A stretch of 64,000 bases of DNA from Camelus dromedarius (taxonomy: Eukaryota): positions 48,548,001 through 48,612,000 of the forward strand of contig NC_087436.1 in assembly GCF_036321535.1 (NCBI RefSeq). Reading direction: 5' to 3'. Each line of letters starts with the position of its first letter. Position 1 is the stretch's first letter. The position numbers were made by a program, and so were the translations under genes. This document shows, in pieces, positions 54,928 to 64,000 of this stretch. The notes beneath the pieces are model-generated. The model made no database searches. It was given only the letters and a program-made list of their open reading frames with translations, and was not told where the DNA came from.

Positions 54928-55609
54928 CATTCATAATTCTCTTCATCTCTACTTAGGCCTGTGGATATATAGGTCTATTCAGATTTTGTACTCTTGGGAC
55001 TATTTGGAATCAGTATTTTTTATTTTTTCAAGTATTTTTACATGCTTATTCTCTTTCTCATTTATAGATAATTAAAAAGATATAGATAAAGATAAAGAGA
55101 TAGATAAAGAAAGATAAAGAGATATATAAAGAAAATAAAGAAAGAAAAAGACTATAAAACATATTTATATTTTTCTCATTTCTAATTATGCATACAGTTT
55201 ATACATAGATTTTCCAGTTTCATTGATTTTCTCCAAACTATCAACTGTAGTATTTATTTTTCCTTCATTCATATATTTATTATCACTAAATTATTTTGCC
55301 TGCTTTCCTAAAGACAGTTTGTTTTTATTTCTTTACCTTCTTTATATTCATCTAACTTCTTTCAATTAATTAGAGTACATTTTGTAAGCTTATATGGTGG
55401 CAACTGTCATCTTCAATTTTTCAGTTGAGAAAAGGGAAGATGACTGTGAGAAATTACTGCAGCAGATATAGATTTCAGTGTTCTTGATTAACCATCACAA
55501 TGCCCAGAGGCTAGAGAGAATCTGATGATTTGCCATCCCTGAAGAATCTGCCTAGTAATCCAGACATAAGAATAGAATATGCTCTGTAAAATTATTTAAT
55601 CATATTTTT

Positions 55610-56880
55610 ATTCACTCACTCATTCATTAACTATCTATTGAATTTCTTTTTGCCAAACCTTGTGCTTTCTTTTGGAGATACAAATATGAAAAGACATAGA
55701 ACTTGTACTCAAGGATTTTGTAAGTGAAGTGGAGAAATAGATAATACATTATAAATATGGTAATTACTATGATAGAGGTATGTACAGGTTGTTTGGGGAA
55801 CGTATACATACCCCACAGCACAGGGTTACTCAGGAAAAGTAATAGAAGATTTAGAAATACTATATTATTCATTTATATGCTGAGACCTGGGGAAAACAGG
55901 CGTAAAAGTCATTTTCCTTATCCTTAAGGAGCTTTCAGCCTAGTGGGAAGTAAATAATCCTATTACAATAAAGATGTGTACCAGACACCTATGGGGACAC
56001 AGAGGAGAAACTAAATAATTCTGTGAGAAATTAAAAAGACACTTTCTTCACAGAGAAGGTAATGTTTGAGCTAATACTTGTAAGGTAAGCAGAGATTAAT
56101 TAGATGGACAAATTGTGGCATTCTAAGCAGAGGAAACAACATGGACAAAGGCACAGTGGTATGAAAAGGCAAACAGTCTGCTACTGCTGACACATAAGGT
56201 ACAAGGTGGTGAGGGGTGAGAAAAAAGGTGAAAGACAACAAACATTTATTGAACTCTTAACAGTGTGTCAGACACTATTCTAAGTAGTTTATATAAATTA
56301 ACGTTTAATTCTTACCATTGCCCAGGAGGGTTCAGATAGCGACTGTTATCCACTTGATAGCTGAAGAAATTGGCCAGAAAGGATATATATTATACCAAAA
56401 GCCACATACTGATGAGTGGCTGGCCAAGATTTGAGTCCTGACAATCTGACTCCAAAGCCTATGGTCTCCTGCCTGCTATAGACAGGGATCAATTAATAAA
56501 GGGCTTTGTACACTATACCAAGGAATTTGGATTTCACTCTATCAATGTCTAGAAGCCATTGAGGTGTTTTAATTATAAAATTTACATGATCAGATTTTTA
56601 TTTTTGACTCAAATGGCATTTGGAATATAGATTAAAAGAGATGAATTTAGATGAAGAGGGAAGCAGTGAGAAAAGGAAATAGGAAAAGAGGAAACAGCTT
56701 TTACAGTCCATGTAAGGGACAATGGAAGCGCTGAGATAGGGCAGTGAACCAGGGAACAGATTCAGGAATTATTTTGGTGAAACTTGGGGATGTGTTAGAT
56801 GGGAATGAGGAATAAGGAAGAATGAAGAGTCTGTGCTGATTTTCAGATTTTTGTCCTGAGTAACTGCACTGTTAGTGCAA
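55610..56880 (-). mobile_element. L2 relics with an inserted MIR (~56240-56470)
   Basis: attcactcactcattcatt tail; cttcacagagaaggtaatgtttgagct...ggcattctaagcagaggaaacaacatgg. Confidence 0.7.
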
Positions 56881-57070
56881 GAATCCATTACAGAAAATAT
56901 GAGAATTCTAGATACTGTCTCTGTATTCTCAAAGTTAATATGCCTTTATATTTATTTAGGACCTTTTGCATATGAAACATAAGTGTATACATTTATACCC
57001 TTATTGTTGTTGGTTGCATATGCAGCATAAGGGTATACAAGCATACCCTCATTAAAAATCTACCATTTCA

Positions 57071-58294
57071 CAAGTGTTAGCATACCAAATCCAACAGTAC
57101 ATTAAAAGGATTATACACCTTGATCAATGGGATTTATCCCAGGGATGCAAGGATTTTTCAATATTTGTAATCAGTAAATGTGATACACCACATTAACAAA
57201 TTGAAGAATAAAAACCATATGATTATCTCAATAGTTGCAGAAAAACATTTGACAGAATTCAGCATCTATTTATGACAAAAAGAAAAAAACCTGTCCAGAA
57301 AGCAGGCATTGAGGGAAAATACTTCAACATAATAGAGACCATGTGTAACAAACCCGCAGCAAACATCATACTCAATAGTGAAAAACAAGAAGCAGTTTCT
57401 CTAATACCAGGAACAAGACAAGGATCTTACCACTTTTATTCAACATGGTATTGGAAGTCCTAGTCACAGCAGAGAAGAAAAAGAAATAAAAGGAATCCAA
57501 ATTAGGAAGGAAGAAGTAAATTGGTCACTGTTTGCAGATGACATTGTAACTATACATAGAAAATCCTAAAGATGTTACCAGAAAAATACTAGAGCCCATC
57601 TTGAATTTGGTAAAGCAGGATACAAAATCAATATACAGAAATCCATTGCATTTCTATACATTAACAATGAACTATCAGGAAGAGATATTAAGGAAACAGT
57701 TTCATTTACCACTGTATCAAAAAAATAAAATACCTAGGAATAAACCTAAGGAGGTAAAAGACCTGTTCTCAGAAAACTATAAGACACTGCTGAAAGAAGT
57801 TGAAGATGGAAACAGATGAAAAGATATGCCATGTTCTTGGATTGGAAGAATTAATATTGTAAAAATGACCATACTACCCAAGGCAGTCTACAGATTTAAC
57901 ACAATCCCTATCAAAATGCCATTGGCATTTTTCACAAAACTAGAATGAATAATTTTTAAATTTGTATGGAAACACAGAAAATCCTGAATAGCCAAAACAA
58001 TCCTGAGTAAGAAGAACAGAACTGGAGGAATTACACTCCCTGACTTCGAACTATATACTACAAAGCTACAGTAATCGAAACAGAATAGTACTGGCACAAA
58101 AACAGACACATAGATCAATGGAACAGGATGGAAAGGTCAGAAATAAACCCACACACTAATGATGGAGACAAAGGAGGCAAGAATATACAATAGAGAAAAG
58201 ACAGTCTCTTCAGTAAGTGGTGCTGGGAAAACTGGACAGCTATATGTAAAAGAATGAATTTAGTACATTCTCTAACACCATATACAAAAAGATG
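57071..58294 (+). mobile_element. L1 ORF2 internal fragment (reverse transcriptase region), frameshifted
   Basis: GFIPGMQG-coding gggatttatcccagggatgcaagg; catalytic FADD (tttgcagatgac 57531-57542); PCSWIGR-coding ccatgttcttggattggaaga. Confidence 0.93.
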
Positions 58295-60668
58295 AAGTCT
58301 GTCATTTCAGTCTACCATGACAGAGTCATTCTCCCAGTAGTTTAATGGACACAGCAAAATACTTGTCTTGTTACCAGGTTTAGATTTTTGCTTTTCTTGC
58401 TTAGCATTATCACTGATACATCCAGATAGCCCTTTCAGAGGCCTTCACTCTACTGAAAGATGATTTTTATCAGTAACACTGTGAATAAATTCTGATTCTA
58501 GGTTGGCAATAGAATATTATTTTTTTAAAAAGTCATTCTCACACCAGTTGGTTTCTAATATTTGGATGTTTAGGTTTCATATGGATTATATACAGGTTCT
58601 TGGGCAGAAACAATACATTAATAGACATATTCAGGGTTGTCCTATATTTATCCTAAATTCTTGTCCATTGTCCATAAACAAAATTTCGTGAATTTGAAAC
58701 CATAGTTACACAAGAAAATGCCAGTGTAAATGATACTAAATAAGACAAAAATTGTGTAAAGGAAGTTTTATTTTTATGCCCCTAAGTGGAAATTGTAAAT
58801 GAATAGTAAAACTTCATACAAAGCTGTCTAATAAAAGAAAAACTAGATTCTGTATTTTTGATAACAATTATTTTCTTCATAAAGCAAAGTTGTATAATTT
58901 GTCCTAAGTATAATTTACTAATCTCCTAGAGTTAATTCGCAGAGGAATGTGCATGCAACATATTAAAGTTCTTTGCTGATACACACTCAAAAAAGTTGAG
59001 AAACTTATGAATTTGTCAGTGATTCCTTTCTCCTGATCTTACCATTTCACTTGGCAATTGCTCTTTCCTTTGAAAAACTCACGTGATGCATTTGATTGGA
59101 ACCAATGCTAAGGTCAAATCTTTCTTAAATCAATCAGTTCTTCAAAGAGAATACATTGGTCAAATTCTTTTCTTCATCAGTCAGGCACACCTTTCATTCA
59201 GAAGAAACCTCCTTTTGAAATGCCACAGCCATCACTAAATGACTGAAAGCAGAACTAGAGTAATCAAAAGTTCTTTGTCTTCATAAATGTACAACTTCAT
59301 TTGAGGGCTGGGAAAAATACCTGTAGAGATTGCGGTCTAATGGAAAAGGAGATCGAAGCATTGAGTGTATGATTTGCTGGTTTTAAAGCTCTTTGATCTT
59401 TCTGGAGCACTTTTAATTTCAGAATGTTTAAGTAGCTTTAATTCCTAATATTAAAAAATTTAAATTCCTAATGCCTATTTTTTATTAAGAGCAACAAACC
59501 CATATAGCTTAGCAATTTCCATTTCTATTTAAAAGCTAATGAAGTGAGAGAACAAGTGCCTTAAATAATTTATGACCTAGTCAGGGAAATCCAAGGGATG
59601 AGACCTGATACTCAAATTCCAATTGAAAACTTTTTTTTTTCCCCAAAACAATTCTGTCTGATAAGTGATTCATAGGCTTTATTCTCTCCTGCCTAGAAAG
59701 CCTAAATTGAAAATTGGAAATGTGGAATCCTACAATGGAATTGAGAAAAGAGAAAAAATGAGCAAATGAGATAATAATTAGACTCCGTTTTGAAAACTTA
59801 TTAAGCATATAAATTAAATGTTTCTTTTGAATATCATATTTTCAAACAAGTAAATTTTGAAAATTCTTAAATTCTCAAATTATGTTAAGTAAGTTTTCAA
59901 GAGTATTTACTAGCGTTCCACAAATTTATGTTGAATTAAGTTGTATTGCGTTGCCTTTTATGGGGGTTGGAGGGAAGGAATCCTTCTCCCTACTAAATAA
60001 CATGGAGGATAATTGTAAATTGCCCTTAGTGTGAATCTGTCTTATGCCATGTAACAAACACATACTGGTTTGATAGTCTTGAGTCTGATTTTTACCTCCT
60101 TTACAATTAAAATACATTGTGAATTTGCTTTAATATCTAAAAAAGCATTATGTTGCTTTCATTAATCTCTGAGAATCTAATTTCCACTCAACCATTCACA
60201 TATAACATAAATCATGTTATAAAAGTCCAATATATATTGGAACCAACTCCTTTAATTTGCATGTATACTGAGTTACAAAATAATTTCTCGTATTACCAGA
60301 GCTATAATTAATGCAGTTCACAACAATAGTAATTATACTTCAAGAAAGATGAAATGTGCTTAAAGGAGCTGGTTTTAAAGATTAACAGTGCTCTCATAAG
60401 GAAAAATTTGCCTCATCTCTTTCTATCACATTTGAGCCAGAAGCTTATAGTGAAGCAAAATAATAATGCTTTCCTATATGTGTGACTAATAAAACAGCAA
60501 ACCTCAGTAATGGGGAATACAGCTACAAAGTAGACTGCTAAAATAGTCTCCTGTTCTCCCATATGCTATAGTGATTCATATCAAAAACCTGAAGTTATTG
60601 TATACTGGCTGTAGTTTGTCTGTATCTAATATTCTCAATATTTGTGTTGTTTGTGCATTTTTTTTTAG

Positions 60669-60866
<198 letters not shown>

Positions 60867-61459
60867 TAAAGGGTGGTACTGCTTTATTCATATTGCTTCC
60901 TTTCCTCTTAAAGGGCGTGTGGTAAAAACTGAACATATCTGGGATTCCTCTGAATTCGGATAGCTAAGTAACTCTCAAACTGGATGCTAGAATAGACTTG
61001 CATAATGTTTCATAAGATAATATTACATACCAAAGACCTTAAAATGTTTTCCAAACACCACCAGAATAGTGAGCTATTTTCTTGGTTTTTGTGTTTCTCT
61101 GATGTATATTTCTGTTCTTGGGGAAACTTGAATCCTTCCTGCTATAGGTTAAATTTTGGCAAAGATGAAAAGTAAGTATTTACCTGGTCTACCTCATAGC
61201 CTAAAGGAAAGTTTGCCAGATCTCAACACTGAACTTTTATTTATTATAATTATCAAAATATTGGCTTATAGAGAGCATGTTAAAGTATTTTTCACTGACA
61301 TTTTACTATTAAGTGTACCACAACTTCTGGTGTTTTTTCCTGGCGTTAAAGTATGAAAAGTTACAAAATAGCGATAGTTCAGCCTTTCCCCCTATATTTT
61401 CATCATCTGTTAGATTCTTGTAAAGCAGACCTTGATTCTCTATACTCTAGAATCTAAAT

Positions 61460-61800
61460 AAATGGTTTTCAAATTTTTTTGAACAAGGTAACTCCCTTTT
61501 AAAATAAAATCTTTCTAGAAACTCAACATATAAAATATAAATGAATTTTTTCACAATTAATTTTTTCATAAGTTAATATTTATAGCATTTACTAACTATA
61601 AATGAGGGTTATAAGTGGATGAGGGAAGCAGACTGGTGGTTTCTTATATGCTAAAATTGGCATGTAAATTTTCATGTGCATATTTTCAATCATAATTTTT
61701 GAAATGAAATTTTAAAATGAAATTAAAACCATACATTTACAGAGCTCCTCAAGTAATCCCTAGAATCTGAGATTACTGAAAACAGTTTGGGAGCCTACTA
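61460..61800. mobile_element. hAT-Charlie-type MITE relic
   Basis: Degenerate inverted termini aatggttttcaaa ... cagtttgggagcctacta. Confidence 0.45.
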
Positions 61801-63680
61801 TTTTAAATGATACATCCCCATCTTTTTGTGAAAAGTTTCTAATTTCCCTAAACTGTGAGACCCCTGAGTTTGAAGAGAGTATAAATGTTCATGGTCCTGG
61901 TGTTAGGGCTTCAGGGATACCAGAAATTCCTTAGCAGAGTAGGTGAGTGGACCCGCAAAAGAAGCATTCAATTCCAGTTGATTGGTCAGGGACCCCTGAT
62001 ACAGAAGTTCTTATCTATTCCTTTAAGGGTTTAAAATACTTTTAATTTTTCAGCTTTTTATGTTGCTTTTGGTTGAGCCTTTATTTGTAGTCTCTCAGAA
62101 AACCATCCAAAAAGCATAACATTATGTTACTCTATTTTAATGTGATGGACTATTACTAAATTAATTAAAACAATTTATGTACATACCACTCTGCTGATAA
62201 TTCCTTTCAAATTATTTAATTAACTATTTGAAATTTAAAAATACACACAGTATGGAAGTGACATTCAATCTAAGTTTTCCAAAACTTATAGTCAGACTTC
62301 TTTTTTTTTTGCTTTTATTTTCTGCAGGATAAATAAAAACAACAGCAGAAAGCAAAGCAACTCACTTGACCATTGTTCTTTAGTGAGTATGGATGAGTAG
62401 CCCAATGTAGGAGTGCCTCTATGTCATCCTGCAATACTTGGTTCAAAGTTGGAACTAGGCAGAGACCTGACTTGGTTGTTTTACTAATTATAAGCTAAAT
62501 GAAGAGAATCAGTATTTCTGTGTCGCCTTATAGTGGGGGTGGATCCAAGGGCATGAAGAACGGAAAATAAAGTCACCCACCTTTTATGACCTTCCCAGAG
62601 GACCCAACTTGTGAAATTTTCTAAATTTCCTTTTGAAAGTCTGCTTTAAAACCAAGATTTCTTAAATTTGTACCGTTTAACCTCACAACATTCCTTTTTC
62701 CGTCCAGCATCCTCTTATGTTACCACATATCTTCCTCTCTCCCACAACTAAATAACAAGTATTGGCACCTGTATGTCAATCATAGTACATTGAGAGAAAT
62801 CACAAACTAAATGACTTACAAGAGTCATTGGTTATCATTAGGTCTTTTCTAGTATCAAGAACACAGTGAAGAATGGAGACTGTGGGTTCTAAAATCTCCT
62901 TTGATCAAGGTGTCTAAACTACCTACCTGTGGCCTTCCAAGACTGGAAAATTCATGGACCGTTTGTAATCTCTTATTATGGATACCCATTTGATTACATT
63001 TTGAGGAAATAAGGGACATTTCTTTCTAACTCTATTAATCTTAAATACTATTTTCAAAGAATTAAAGGCAAAATAAAAGCATATGCATAGTAATGAGGAG
63101 ATTCATAAATTGAGTGCTTAAAATTAATATGTTAGAATGTGATGCTTGGTTTTTTAGATGTCATTAGTATTAATACCAACCAATAAATATTACTCTCTTT
63201 AGTGCTGTGGATAAATTTTTTAGAAGATGGTATAAAATATAGTTCTTATTCACTAGGTGCTTCAGTATGAAGAATATAAATCATTAAAATATTTTATGTG
63301 GAAAATAAACAATAAAAACAATATGCATTAAATACCAAATGAGTGATACAAACAAAAACCACACCAAAAGGAAGCAATCTCGGGGTAAGAGAAGCAAGGT
63401 AGAGATAGGACTAATATCCTTTAAATTTTTGTAGTCCCAGCACCAGGTTTGGCATCTAGATAGTATCCAGAAAATATTTATTTAGGAAAAAAGCAGATGG
63501 CAGACACAATGTCCCACACTCTCCCACCTATACCCTTCAAAGTTATAAGGAGACAGTAATATATAAGTCCTTTTGCACTCTGTAAGTGATCCAGTGATTT
63601 CTGAGGCCTTTCTTCCTTTAAATCCAGAAGCAAGACTATACTCAAAAGAAGTCAGCACATTCAGAATTTAGACTTAGAGG

Positions 63681-64000
63681 CATTCATCTCACATCCACTT
63701 ATTCAACAAATATTTACTGGCTGTCTATTGTATGTGCTAGTCAGTAATTAGTGTATTAGATTTTGAGAGAGATAAATATATCTACCATATGATCTTAAAC
63801 AGCAGGAAGTGCTATACCTAAAAATAAAGCAAGGAAAAAAATAGAGTGGTAGAGTTTGACAAAGTATGCAAGAAAAGCCTCTGAGAAAAGGTGGTATTTC
63901 AGCAGAGCTGAATGATGTAAAGAGGCAGGCTTTAAATGACATGGGGAGAAATATTCTAGGCAGGAGTAAGAGTGAGGGCAAAGACCCTGATATGTGAACA
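63681..64000 (-). mobile_element. L2 3' fragment (runs off the window)
   Basis: cacttattcaacaaatatttactgg...attctaggcaggagtaagagtgagggcaaagaccctga. Confidence 0.75.

Larger units (their letters stand above)
51240..55400 (-). mobile_element. Long degraded L1ME hosting younger insertions (LTR, SINE, L1)
   Basis: T-rich reversed ORF2 motifs across the span (atgaactttagaatt; tattgaaccattcttcattcctggaat; ttaaggtagcttcataaaa). Confidence 0.6.

Noticed and set aside
55075..55150. GATAAA-rich degenerate repeat as a GATA-site array
   Set aside because: Simple low-complexity expansion inside an old L1; no other support.
57071..58294. Functional or novel reverse transcriptase system (retron/DGR-like) with the adjacent hairpin
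   Set aside because: Ordinary L1 ORF2 sequence with frameshifts and stops, and no promoter or intact frame.

Overview
AT-rich, CpG-poor mammalian genomic DNA lying entirely inside one + strand gene, TBCK (TBC1 domain-containing kinase). Five internal coding exons (561-646, 16261-16297, 17305-17466, 31911-32086, 60669-60844; 637 nt) splice with compatible phases into one stop-free frame. It encodes the C-terminal half of the TBC (Rab-GAP) domain, a Ser/Pro-rich linker and the start of the rhodanese-like domain. The last exon is followed by a U12-type (minor spliceosome) donor, GTATCCTTT. The remaining ~99% is intron, densely filled with L1/HAL1, L2, MIR, LTR and hAT relics. A tRNA-Ala-derived SINE resembling vic-1 suggests a camelid genome. 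I see no convincing novel biological system. The most interesting items are the minor intron, an apparently polyadenylated MER41-like ERV retrocopy, an in-frame stop-free three-exon block bracketed by inverted L1 copies, a 3'-truncated L1 beside a palindromic duplication, and candidate cryptic exons. Repeat family names come from recalled consensus sequences, with approximate boundaries; they need RepeatMasker/Dfam confirmation.
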